DNA of 56,050 nt, from assembly GCA_027604505.1 (NCBI GenBank), contig JADIIX010000032.1, positions 124,001 through 180,050 on the forward strand, given 5' to 3'. Below, in pieces: positions 36,101-49,173 of this stretch; positions within the stretch are counted from its first letter, which is position 1, and each line of letters starts with the position of its first letter. This stretch comes from Gonapodya sp. JEL0774 (lineage: Eukaryota). Under the pieces are notes generated by a model. It was given only the letters and a program-made list of their open reading frames with translations. It did not search any database and had not been told where the DNA came from. Both the position numbers and the translations under genes were made by a program.

Positions 36101-36831
36101 GTTGGGGATTGGGATAGGGGGAAGACCTACTTGATTTCGAGGAGAGTGGATGGGCAATTAAGAATGTTAGGGGAAAGCAGATACGTATCTCCACTTAAAA
36201 CGTCATGCAATATAACAGATCAACGTTTGTGCAGAGTTCCGAAATCGGTCATAGGCAGGTAGATCTCAAGAATGCGGAATAAACCTCGATTGCGGCGCAC
36301 CAAGGCTTTGAGACCCCACGAAAGGCGTTTGCTGATGTGCATTTCTGAGCTCACGTCTTGCTCTATTCCGCATTCCTCATATCCGAGCCACCACATCCCC
36401 CGGGCGTCCTCGGCCAAACCACGAGTCCGGTTTGCTGTAGAGCCCGTATCGACCGACACAAACCTTCGTCCAAAGTCCGCGGCCACATCATCAATATATT
36501 GCAGCCCTCGCCTGAACTGAACTTGCGTCTCCGGCCGTGCCAGCTCGAAGAGCTTGTTCTTGATCCGGCTTGTCAGGTCAGGTTTGTTTCCCGTCCGCTT
36601 TCCACCAAGACGCCTCACAACCTCCTGCAATTGATTCTTTTGAAGGCGGGGTAGCTTTTGGGCGAAACAGCGCTACAAGGTGAGAAACAGGAGGCCACGG
36701 AGTCAATGGGAGATTCGAAGTAACAAGTAGTGGGTAAGACAGCGAGGACCGAAGTTCCAAGATCCAAAGAACGAAACAATAGTGCGACTTACATCAAGTT
36801 CCTCGCGCATCTGCGCTTGAAGGTCCGTCAT
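33198..36831 (-). CDS. SIZ1: Siz/PIAS SUMO E3 ligase (SAP, PINIT, SP-RING, SIMs)
   Basis: SAP-like LQEVVRRLGGKRTGNKPDLTSRI, SP-RING LKDPVSKTRITVPMRASTCRHLQCFD...WTCPIC, and SIM VIDLTLDSDSDEE. Confidence 0.92.
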
Positions 36832-37825
36832 GTCGGAGTCGGGAGCTCGTCCACCAACGGGCACCGCCGTCTCTGGCACACTCACTGACCACGGGCTAGC
36901 AGTTTACCGACGTTTAAGAGGAGTGAGCAAGATTCGCCAGGTGAGTGGCCGTTCGCCCTCGACTTCTGTCGGAGAACGGGTGCTAGGAAGAAGAAAGTGT
37001 TTACCAAAGCGAGAAAACGTCCCGGGGGGCCTCTCCCGACTACAGTCGGCGCCGTTGGTGTGTTCGTGAATCACCAAAACTCGCAGTCTTCATAATTTCT
37101 CTTGGCTTTTCAACAGGAGAGTCTGTGTCACTGTTTACAAGCATGTATCATGAAGCACTCTGTTGTGTTTTTCTTCCGACACCGGGCTGCAGCTTACACT
37201 TTTAACTAGCGATTTAGTATCGACTGGAAACTTATGGAATTTAGTAATATATCTTTCATTTGGACGGGCACGAGCCATGGGAGGGAAGCAAAGTTAAGAC
37301 TTGTAATGGGAGTCAGCGACAACAACACGATTCCACAACTTTCATGCACGACACCGAACTAGATATAGCTCGTCCTCTAGGCCCCGCTTCCATGGAGAGG
37401 CGTCCCTAGGACGGCCCATCCGCAGATGGGCAAGGTCTTTGGAGACTGGAAACAGCTAGGGCTGATAAAGAGGAGCTCGAATCTCAGCAACCATTGATTC
37501 TTGCCCGCTGAGTACATCGCAAACTCGCTTGGAGCTTCCCAAAACTCTGCCCCGGCAGAAGGAGGGAGCGATGCCTTGGCAGGAGATTGCCGAATCTTGG
37601 GGAATGGGTATGATGGCGTCCCGAGTCATGCAACATCGCAAGTCCCAGACCCCAACGAAATCGCGTGACTGCAAGCCGCAATCGACGTGAAACTGTAGCG
37701 AAGTGGATGATTGACTCAAACTAACATGGCTTTGAGATGGCAAAATCGGATCGGTTGACCAAAGTCAGCCAAACTTCATTTCTGATGGAGGGGATCCAGT
37801 CAATAACCAACCCCATCATACAATA

Positions 37826-38823
37826 ATGGATGTGCGAGTTTTGTTTCTATGTGCAGGATTGTGGGCATCAAATGCACTGGAAAGATTCCCTACGTGATCG
37901 TGTCTCATTTGTGTCACTTGTCTTGAAGCGGAACACGTCTATCACGGGACCTTATGGCTCTACCAGAAGGTTACGAGCTTCGTGTTCTCTCAAATCTTCC
38001 CAAAGCTCTACTCCCCCTGGCCGGAGAGTCACTTCTTAGCAGATGGCTCAAAACGTTCGATAACAACTCGTTGGCAGATCTGGACACGAGCAAAATTCTC
38101 AGAGATCACATCTACCTGATCACAAACTCGGTTTTCAAACATAGTATCGCCGAGTGGTGTGAAGCAAATGGCATTCCCTTGTCAAATCTCCTCGATAACA
38201 ACACACAAAGCAATGATACCAGGAACGGAGCCTGTGCTGATCTTGCCCTCGCAATTTCACATTTCTTTCCAATCGGCTGTCGGACATTCCCGGGCCTACT
38301 TGTCATTGCCGGTGATACTCTCCTTACTGATGAAGAGGAAGTTAGGTCGTTTTTGCGATGTGTTTGTCATAACACCACCCATACAAGCGAGTCTCGCTTG
38401 TGGTGTGCCTACTATCCGGTTGAGGAGGACCAAATGACGAAGTACGGCATCCTTGAGGTCACCCCGGTACAAAAGTCTTTACTCTCGGCCGCTCTACCGC
38501 CACATGGATGTGTGAACAAGTTTTTGGAAAAACCTTCACCAACTGCAACAGCTTCTCGAAGTGCTTGTCCCTGCTTCTATTGGATTCCAACGTCCCTGCT
38601 TGATCTTCCTCAACAGTATGTGGCTGAGCACTCGTTTCCAGATGAAATGTGTGACCTTGCCCGCGTAGATGCTCCGGGGAAGTTGCTAGAATGGGCAGTC
38701 GACAAAAAAATATGTGAGGTGTGGGCAGTTGCGTGCGATGGACGAATAGATGTGGGCGGACTTTCGAGCTATCGTGAAGCAGACGAATTCTTTAGACAGA
38801 AAGAATTAGCGTTGCAAGAATGA
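37826..38823 (+). CDS. Sugar-phosphate nucleotidyltransferase family protein
   Basis: One intron (37861-37928) gives MDVRVLFLCAGFGTRL...LPKALLPLAG. Motifs LLVIAGDTL, KYGILEV, FLEKP, RIDVGGL. Confidence 0.88.
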
Positions 38824-38922
38824 TAACTGCGCAATTAAGAGTAAATTGTTGAATGTCGTCGTTCATCAGGTTGAGATGGGGGTGTGCATAAACTAATCAT
38901 CGATCTCCATAATGTTCCCAAA

Positions 38923-41900
38923 ATGACACGAGTTCCCGGGACGACGGACTTTGATGCGGACGAGCTTGTACGAGAGGTACTGTAAACTGCATCCGCATTT
39001 CATATACCCCGCTCAGCTGCTCAATCGCTCGAATCAAATTGTGGGGATGTCTCTGTGTGGGGTACACGGGCGTGTCGGCGGCACAATTCCACCAGTATTT
39101 GGAGTATGCTTCCTTCCCGGATACTGTCGATGCCTACGAAACCGAATCGGCTGCGAAGGGACGGCCATTGAAGGATAGAGGTGCTGCTGACGAAGAAGCG
39201 CGGAGAACTCTACGGGTTCGTGGTGTTTGCAAAACACAAACACAGTCTGCAAAACTCCCATGACGACTGTTGAAATGAAATTCAAAGGATGCGCTCCGAT
39301 CTCACTTCCTCACGGGGGACGCTGACGCCTTCTTTTCGTTGTGGGACTCGCGGCTGCACCATGTCGCACGAGAGTCCGCTGAAGGTGCCAAAGTCGAGTT
39401 TCTTGTCAGAGTCTACTTTGCGGTGTACCCGGTTCATCCTGGCGTTGCGAGGCAAGGCGAAAAAGTGAGTGGATTACGTTCAGAAAAATGAACAAACTCG
39501 GAATGAAAGGCGCGTTGGAAATGAAAGCGACACAATATCGGGCAGACCATGTCGCAGTGGGAATCTTGCTCTGCGCTCGATTGAATCAAAACAAGGCATC
39601 AGTTACTCGTGACGATTTTGAACTGCCGGCATTTGAGCACACTTCACACAATCCACCAGCCTCTCTCCCTACCAACCTCTTTATCCCACTTCAAACGATA
39701 CATAGAGACTAGAGGCTCGTCTCTTGCACGGGACCCCGAGTTGCTCCCTTACTTTGCGCTTCCCTATGTTGCAGACCCTGGGCGGCACCCCAGTTTCGGA
39801 GAAGTAATGATGGTGGGATCCTCAACCGACTTTTGTAGATGCCCGAAACCTTTCAAGAACTTATGTTCGGGATCTTGTAATTCTTTCTCACCCCTGCCCG
39901 AGCAGACTTCCTGGGTGGACGATTTGTGGAATCGAGCTAATGCGTTCTTGAAGCCTGCTTCCACCGTTCACGGGGTTCCCAAACTTGTGCATATGATCAA
40001 AGCGGCGGTGCGTGCAGAAAATTATGATCACACATCCGCACGATCCCGTGATACTTAAGCAATTCTCTGTCCCGACCTGGTATAGAAAGAGCACCTTTCG
40101 TGCCATCCCCGCCTTGAAGCCCTCCAAATCCGCTTCCGGGACCTCCAGGAGGCCGAAACTACAAACTCTCAGAGACTGAGAGCATTGCAGGTTTGTGAAA
40201 TGATCTTCTACATAAGAAATCGGATTATTGCTCATATTTATGCTGAGCATTTTGAAGACTGATCTCCACTCCGCGATATCAATTGCTCATGAGCTGGCCC
40301 GTGCGCTTGCCGCGTCGCTGTCAGGCGATGTGGTGTCCCTCCAAGAGTTCGAGGACATAAGCCACCGGCTTGTTTCTCTGGCAAGAGGAGCTACGCCAGA
40401 AACGAAAACAAATAGGAACATGGCATCTCAAGAGTAGGTTTCGAATTTGGTCCCCTTAACGAAAGGGTGTGTGGCTCATTCTAAATTACTGGAAACACCC
40501 AGGGCTCGCACAGTTGTGGGCCCCGCTCTCCCCGTGCAAATGATACAATATCTACCACCACGTCCTGCAACAAAACCCCGCTTCGCGAGCCGATATGACT
40601 TGCGACTTGATTATGCAAAACTTCGTCGCGACTTAAAAGTTCAGCCCGCCACCCCGGAAACGACAAGATCCGTCGCTTTGATAATTGATGCCATGCGTGT
40701 GGTACGCCTTCCTATTTCCGTACACCCTCTATTCGATCTTTTGGAACTGAACGCTATGTTTTTCTCCAGCGCTTGGTGAGGTCCCGACCAATGGCGCACA
40801 GGATACAGATAGTGGAAACCTTCGTAACCACTGACATATTGTGTATTAAAGAGAATGCTGGAAAGGTGAGTGTTTCGCGAGATCTCTTGTCAGAGCGCTC
40901 TCATTCGTTTCCTTCGAAGGATGTTCTCGCTCCCACGCTAACGGCCACCGATCCGAGACTTCCAAATTTGACATCTGCCCTTCTCAACGCGCTCTCCTCT
41001 GTTCCAGAGGGTCGAGCTTACCTCCTCCACCCACCCCGACCTCTGCTCGCTCTTCTGTTCGATCTTCTCAAATCCCAATCCGAAGATAACATTCTTCGCC
41101 GTAATCTCCTCGCCACTTTGCAAAAGCTGTCTCTTCGCCGTGCTGGCCAGTCTGCTCTCAATACACTTGGAATGGTCACCTGGCTGGTGCAAAGTTTGCT
41201 ATCTGATCCAGATTCGCTCTCTGAATATACCATCGAGTACGCATGCTCGTTACTCATGAACCTTGTTCTACGTAGTCGTGGTCGCCGTGAAGCCAGTGGA
41301 ATCGCGGATGCCTGTCTACGTGTTCTTTCTGAGCTTGGTGAGAACCCTTCGATACAAGTCCGTACATATGTCAATGGCACTCTGTTCGGCCTGCTAAGTG
41401 ATGCACATGCTCGCGAATGTGCTCGCGCTGCGGGGTTTGATGGAGTACTCGGTTACTGGGCGGCCCGAGAAGGTGGTGGAATCGCTCGGCAAGTTGAGTT
41501 TGTGAGACAGAAACTGACCATGGAAGACCCAGAAGGAGTTGGGCCTGACAAGAGCGATGTAGAATCTAATGACGGAGAGGAAGATGACGGAGAGTACACT
41601 GAGGTACGGATTGATCACGCTTACTGTTCGTTTTTGCAAAACTAAGTTATGATTTTACTGAATGCCACAAAAGGAGGACGTTGAGATCGTGGATGAGGAA
41701 GGCGAGACCTCCCTCAGCTCTCTACTGCTTCCTTTTGGGCCTGGAGAGCTCTCAGGTGAACAGCTACTAATTGGAAAGTATGGATTGTCCGGGCCTAGGC
41801 CTGCAACCGAGACCAGTCGACCCCCTATCGGATCGAAACCATTACGTGGAATACAGCAAGGGAAACCTGCTGTGGATGTAAGTTGTCTACAGGAGGAGCT

Positions 41901-42570
41901 CTTCATGAGGGACACTTGCGGTATCCTTGTGTGACAGGAAATGGCCCCTACCTCAATTAACTTCCAACGTCCACTCACACCACGACCGGGAACGCCAATC
42001 TTAGTCGGCCCTCCAAGCAGGCCTGTGACGTCTCATGGAGCTGTAGGTCGGCGGGAATGGGGAGGGCCTTCAGAGGCCGACGTTCCGAGTCGCCCTGTGA
42101 CATCACATGGCGTGGTGGCCAGGGAACTTCGAGAAGAAGCCGGTGAGTTGAAAGTCTGACCTATCATCCCGCAATCTCATGGGTCACTTTTAAACCCGAG
42201 ATTTCCGTGTTGTCAGGGTCACCTATCATCCCCCGCCTCGCCAAGCATGCTGTAAGTCATGATTATGAAAGTTTCACATTTTGTCTCACAACAGTCCATC
42301 TTTCCGTTGACCGCAAAAGCTTCCCCCACCACTCCATAAAGTAGTTTCCACACACGTTACTCAGCCCCCGCCGCCATCAGAGCGTGCCATACGGCAGCTT
42401 GAGCAAGCGAAGGTGCCTGATGATGAAATTCGTAGGGAGTGAGTAAGAATCCTGGTTACCGCGGTATGTGTTTTGGTTTACTTTCTAGCTCATGCATTCT
42501 CAGGGTTGCCGAGTACACAATGGCGTTCTCCACCAGACCTCGCGTTGCTCGGACACCTGTACCACGATAG
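38923..42570 (+). CDS. ARMC9: LisH/armadillo protein ARMC9 (ciliary), multi-exon
   Basis: LisH DELVRE|YLEY. Motifs ELLPYFALPYVADP, LATLQKLSLRR, LSEYTIEYACSLLMNLVLR, YVNGTLFGLL, and C-terminal FSTRPRVARTP. Confidence 0.92.
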
Positions 42571-42747
42571 CTAACTTTCTGCGTAGTCTCCCCCCGTGTT
42601 GAGGAACGACAGACAAGATTGTATTTGTGAATCGTTCAGTGACAACATACGAGCTTTCCATCACAACGAAAAAAGGGTGAAAGAAAATTACAGCTGAAGG
42701 CTAGCTTGATGGGGCGTCCCAGCGTCCCTCAGACACAACGAAGCCGC

Positions 42748-44406
42748 TCAAGCGAGTTGCAGATAGTTGGATGGGGCGATACCATATTGGTATGAACCAT
42801 CGGGAAGAGCTCGGCGTGCCTGTGAGAACATTCGCGCGTTCAGAACCATGTAAAGCGCAGCATCGTCAGGAGATGATCTTACCTGCCACCATTTACCCGA
42901 CGAGTCACCGATTTCAAGGGTTTCGCCTTTGCGAAAGGATATTTCGTTGGGATCTGCAGGGTTGGCCTCGTCTAAGGATGCAGTTCAGAACAAGTATGAG
43001 CTCCAAGTTTCCACGCTCCACTGAACAACGGTATTCATAATCGCTCACATTGATACAATGCGATGGCCCTCTTACTGTACTCCGGTGAAGGCGGGATGGC
43101 GGCCGGAGAAGGGCCCGGGATACCGGCGAGTGCGGTCGAACCTGGGAATCCGTTTGCAGCGTCCGGACTCATCGGGTACTGAGATGAGTTTCCGTATGCC
43201 ACGTCACCTCGGGAGCCATTAGACATGGTGTAACCCTGGGACTGCGGTGAACCACCACCACCGTTGACAGAGCCGGTTGCGTTGGCGCGTTTTCCGAAGG
43301 AAAAGTTTGGGGTGGGGATGGAGGGCATCGGTACGTTGCCGACTTTGACGTTGGAAGAAAGGTTCGCAATGGGAGTGTCGTCCTCACTGAAAGGTAATAA
43401 CATCCCGTAGGAGAAGGGTTACAACGGGAAGGCATTGAATAAATGAGGGGATTCCATTCACACGCTAACACGAGGGGATCACCCTCATCCCCGTCGAAAG
43501 TCCATTACAACGCCAGGTATCCAAGTGCTTGCGCGAGCGCGTAGCGTCTCTAAGTTGCTCTATCCTATGGCACAACCATGTTCGTTGCTCGCAAATCATT
43601 GCTCTCACCTTCCGAATACGAAGATCCAGATGATGACGCCGAACATAATCATGAAGCAGCCAGCTGCTACACCCTGCTGGGCTGACGACTGGAGGGTGAA
43701 ATGACGGGGCCAATTACACAACAATGAAGCCTCAACAGACGCAGAACCATTTCCACCCACGCCATACACGTTTGTGTTGATAGTTCCCTCAAGGAAAATA
43801 AAATCAATGATGAGGAACGAGAGTATCTAGGGGGGCAGATGCAATGGGTTTCAATGTCGAGAGATGGCGAAGGCCCACAGACTGAGGGAACTCACCAGTA
43901 ACCTGTAGCCCTTCACAGTGTCAGTAGCGATAGCGTAAGCAATTCCCAGGATTGATACCGGCCTGTTTGCAAACCAATTTGATCATATCGGCCATTCAAC
44001 CGTGTTCCGCGACCATTTCTGCGACGAGTTCCTCCACGTACCAGAAGAAGAGGAAGAACCACAATTGACCAAGCGCCTTAGACCCAACTGCAATGCCAGC
44101 CAACGCGTTCGTTTGTGATTGATAAACACAGAGCGAGATGAAGTCTGGGATGCCATTTGCAGTATTGAGGAAAGGCAAAGAACGGTGAGCCAGAACCCGC
44201 ACGGAAAATGTGTCTGCGAAATCTGAATCGGGCGATTCTCACATATGACCCATCCTAACTGGTATCAGACATGAGGGAATATGCGCGTCCATTGGGATTG
44301 TCTGCAACGGAACTGCAAAACGCAGGGAGCGACTCACCGCGCTGAGCACAGATGCTACGAGATGCCCAGTGTGACCGGTGATTGCACCTATTCTCATTGA
44401 AGACAT
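42748..44406 (-). CDS. SHO1: Sho1 osmosensor (4 TM + C-terminal SH3), multi-exon
   Basis: TM exons [39 protein letters not shown]3 [45 protein letters not shown]. Confidence 0.88.
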
Positions 44407-45002
44407 TGCACGGAGTGGTTGAATTCGTTTCTGTGAAAGGAAATCAAAGCTGGAAAAGTTCCAATACCCCTCCTAGCACTCAACCCCACATTCCCGTGGC
44501 TCGAACATCCAACAGAGAGGCTCATATTTACATAAAATTGAAATCAATTGATCGTAGCTCATTCCCATTGTGATCCATTGATCATGCCGAACCCGGCAAC
44601 TGAATACGTTTTTATAAATGGCGCGCTGGAGAACACGACGGGGACATGCATTTATCGTGTTCAGGTACCATGCTAATGCGACATCTTATAAAGTACGCAG
44701 TACATGTCAGTAAGAATTGGGAGAGTGGCTTCCAAACGGTACTGATCGTCCCCTGCAATGCCCTGAAAAGGATTCGGAATCACGGTGACGGCAAACAGGC
44801 GCCACACCATGGGTTTCAATCATCACAGAATGACTGATGTTATCATTTATATAAGTCAATACGCTAAAGTGCCTAGAAGACTCCACCCAAAAGGAACGGT
44901 GCGGCACTCTGTGTGACGATCATGGGTTGCGGCGGTATCACCAGGGTTGACGTACGTGTGCTTCAGAAAGTCCATGCGAATCACGTCCTAGTACTTCCAT
45001 CA

Positions 45003-45991
45003 TCATCTCCTCCCAGCCCCTTGTCCCAAGGACCCCATGGGGCTATCTTCCCTACTGACCCTCAAGCCCGAGTAATTCCCACGTTCGATGCCAAAAAGCA
45101 TTGGCTATAGTGTACATAATGCATGTTTTAAACTTATGAGCGGTAAAGCGGGATGCAAAGACCACTCACCCAGCAGAACACCGACAGTGCCATCAAATAC
45201 ATTCCCGCAGTCATGGCCAAAGATACAGGCCATGTCTCATACTTCCGCCGGGTTTTGAAAGACCATATCAATAATAGCCAGCAGTGTTCACGAGCGCACG
45301 ATTCGCCCCAGCAAACTCACCGTGTAGAGCGAAATGCCATAAGTAACAAACACTATCCCCGCAGCACCATATCCCACCATAGCCGTGCCCCACTCACGTG
45401 TGGTATTTCGCCGGAGTGACCGAAGATGAGTTATGACCAGGATGAGGAAGTATACCGCCGTGAACCTAATGGCGTCATCGCCGCGTTGCGAGAGTGGTCC
45501 TGGTGAGATTGACGGGTCAGGGAGACGTAGGATTTCATTGTAGGTACCAGTCCATGCGGCGCCAAGCTGGAGTCTAGAATGATACGGGTGGGCGCAGGAG
45601 AGTCACGGGATCGCCGTCAGTATGACGAGTGCAACGACTCAGTGATATTAACCTTCAAAACTAAGCCAAGAACATGACGATCTCCAAATTTTCTCAGCAT
45701 CTCACCTGAATCTGCGCAATAACCAAGGACGGCGTGTACACAAGCCAGCCAATCTGCAAGTCACACCGACATCCATGATTGTAAACGTTCCAGGACCCCC
45801 GTATCCCAATCACGACAATAAAACACCCAAAAAATAGTCAATCATGGTATGTGGAAAGGGTTGATGCCGTCAATCATCTATTTCGTGTGAAGACACCGGC
45901 AGGATTGCGATCCTCGGCGACGTACCGCCATAGACGACCAACACGCCCAGTGCCACCATTCGAGTCGAGAGAGGTGTGGTGGGAAGGTCAT
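45003..45991 (-). CDS. Sho1-like 4-TM membrane protein lacking SH3 (tandem paralog; internal exons uncertain)
   Basis: MTFPPHLSRLEWWHWACWSSMA|IGWLVYTPSLVIAQIQ has the same phase-0 intron before (I/L)GW as SHO1. The last TM AMTAGMYLMALSVFCW|PMLFGIE parallels SHO1 TM4. Confidence 0.55.
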
Positions 45992-46695
45992 CGGTGCTTG
46001 CGGGGTCGCATGAGATGGCGGGGTTTTTGTGTGACGGATAACCAGATCTGCTCTTTACATATGTATTCCCTCGAGAATTCATCCCACTTTACTGTCTGCA
46101 TCGTTTTGAATTCATTGCAGATTCCGCAATACTGAGACGAGAAACGTCGTGAACTTCATGATTTTCCAAAGATTGCTAGGACTTTTCCTCAATTAATTCG
46201 TTGTGGAGTTGCATCACCGGCATGCCACCCACCTTTGAACATACCCTGATTCTGCTAGACGATATCTACAATGGCTTTAAGGACCTCGAGGGCATTGATC
46301 CCTCAGATGCTGAAAAGTGGAGGAGGTCCGTTTTCCACAGTGTGACGGATTTTGCCAGAATTTACCACGAGTTTGCCGTCGGTGCAAAGGTAGGTCGATG
46401 CTGGGAGTCACTAATACCGTGATGGGGAACCTGAAGAAGAACGAGGTTGTTCATTCTCAACAATGACCGTTCAACTCTGACACTCAACACAGCTCGCGGT
46501 CCACATGGCTGGTCCAGGCAACACTGCAGCGGTCCTCGCATCTTGGAAAAGGGAACACCAAAGTTCTTCTGCGGTGCGTTCTCTGAATCCAACGCATCAA
46601 CAGTCTGACGTCATCCCATCGACATTCCCCCAACTTCTTGTTGCACGGACCGCGCCACCTCCACTCTGCACAACCCACAGCTCTCTTCGTCTATC

Positions 46696-48845
46696 ATGTC
46701 CGCGAATGCGCAAGCCGCGTCCACCGACAACCAGCCGCTCTCAACGGACTCCTCCCGCAGTGGCGCATCGACTTCCCACCCCGCTCTCTCCGCCCTCGCC
46801 TCCTCTCTCTCCTCGCTCTCATCGCTCCCGCAGACTTCTCCGCCCACGCTTGGCCCAGCCACGCATTTTCTCCTACTCCTCCTCCACACCCCTTCTCGTC
46901 CCTGCCCGTCCTTGTCCTCTGTGTCCCTCGCCATCTACCGCTCCCTCCTCCAACTCCCATCTCCCCCCAACCCCCTCCACTTCTCTCTCCTGCTTGTCTC
47001 TACTCCCTCCGCCCCTCCACTGTCTCCCCCCTCTTCCTTGCCTCCCATGCCGTTCGTTTCGTCAACATCGGTGCATTTCATACCCAAACCGACGGATACC
47101 GCAGGAGCATTCGTGAACCTCGCGGTGGGAGCGATGGGCTTGGGCGTGCTGGTAGTCGAGAGGTGGCCCGTTCTCACCGGTGCGGGGACTGTCGCAAGCC
47201 CGGTTACCAGCGTTGCTCTTCCAACGCCCCCCGCGGTCTTCCTCCATCCTTACCGCCCATCTATATTTCCAACCTCTTCGCTTTCTTCTTCCGACCAAAG
47301 TGAGCCAACGTCTCCCTTCCCTTCTGCAAATCCCCATGCACCTCTCCACACCGCATCATACTGGTCCACAAGAACAACTCGAGTTGCGTGGACCGGATCT
47401 ATCGTTTCTACAGAACCTGAGGCGTCTTTTTCCGCGGGTGAGAATTGCAGTGTCGTGTCTGTCCGCGCATGCATGCTCCACGTACACCACACCTCAACAT
47501 TCTACCTCTCACATCTTCCTCATCATCTCCAGCCCACTTGACCCCATGCTTCCCCCTCCGCCTGTTGCCCCCTCTTCCTCCATCCGCGTTTGTTTCTACT
47601 GACGCATCGGCCTCTCACCCAGTATGGTACGCCCTGCAAAACCCTGCCAACGGTGCTCTTATTGGTAGAATAGCAGTTTTTGGTGGCGAGCGCGGAGATG
47701 AAAACAGTGGAGGTGCGTTTGTATGTCATGTGTTTGTGCCTGGAGGATCGGTTCGGTGCGGGGGGGGGGGGGGGGGAAGGCGGGCAGACTGGCCACTAAA
47801 GGAAGACGTGTACGTGGCAATCTGGTGGCGGTGTTCTTTGGGACAGGAATTCTAGTTCAATTTGGCTGCCTTTTCTTCAGTGTTTTCCAAATGCTTGTGG
47901 CGGGTGTGGAATTGGAGTTGATCCTCTCCACTCCCGTACCGTTCACGTTCCCTCGACCTGTCTGACTTTACAACTTATCACACAAGCTCAAGAGTCCTCT
48001 TTACAACAAGTTTTTGTCACGGGGTTGACCGACGTGTCCACCGCTGCAGACGTAGGCGCTGGCAATGGCTTGGGCAAAGCGGGAAAGGGGACCATGGAGA
48101 AGGAGGGTGCGCAAACAGGACGGACAATCAACGAATCTGTATTGAGTGGCAAAAATGTTTTTATATCTGCGGGAGTGAGCTCGATCGGGAGCGCCGATGG
48201 GTCAGGACCAGACACGGACACAAGGATGTCGTGGGAGGTGAGCATGGCGCAAGGTTTCCTCGTTACTCCCCATCGCACCACAAAGCTTCATACGGTTAAC
48301 GTTGTAAAACTCGAATCCAGCCTTCAGCTGCCTCCCAACAGCCTGCGCCTCCCTCGCGTGGGGCTTCCCCTCCTTCCCGTCCGGCCTCCCCACATCTGAA
48401 TTCCGGGATGTCACCACGCCCCCCCCGAACGAACACACCCCCGGGTCCGGGAACACTCTTCTCCACACTACGGACATCCCTCAACCCTGCTCTTCAAAAG
48501 CGCCCTCGCGTGATACCCTACAGCTACCTCATCGTGCCCCCGCAGAGTGTGGTGGACGAGTTCGCAGCCGGGAATGCGGCGGGTCGAGGTCTTGCTGGGC
48601 GTGGTGGCGGAAAGATTTTGACAACCGGTCCGGGCGGTGATCGCACAACGCGTCATCAGGCCGCGACTTCGCCGCCATCCTTGGCCGACCTGTACTGGAA
48701 CACCGTCGAGCTCCACCCTCTCCGCTCAGGCAGGCCTGATTTCCGTGGTCGGGTGGAGGGGATGAATTGGGATGTCTCGATGAGAGTCGAGAGTGGGGAG
48801 GGGGGTGGGGTGGGGAAGGTGGGAGACGCGATGGGGGAGATTTAA
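46696..48845 (+). CDS. Hypothetical Ser/Pro-rich protein (multi-exon)
   Basis: Consecutive ORFs joined by GT-AG introns (e.g. 48238-48320). No recognised domain. Confidence 0.55.
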
Positions 48846-49173
48846 GGATTGGGATTGAAATGTGCGGTTGAAGGATGAACCTGTGTGTCTATCGCCTCGG
48901 AGCTAAATCAATGGGAGGTGTATCTTGTTTTGATCTGGACGGGGAGTCCGACAAAGTTACATTCTGTCAATTAATTCTCTCGTGCTTTGCTTTGCACGTA
49001 TCCAGTACATTTGGGACTCGTTAGTCATCATTTGCCACCACTCACTACATCTTCAGTTGATGGGGTGTTACTTCCATGCGACGATCTTTAATGTATTGTC
49101 CCGGTGATTATGAGGACAGGGTATGTAATCGATCAATTCACCACTACAAAATTATTTTTCTTGCTTTATGTGT

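Noticed and set aside
47760..47776. Poly-G run
   Set aside because: Simple intronic homopolymer, consistent with the general G-rich intron 5' halves.
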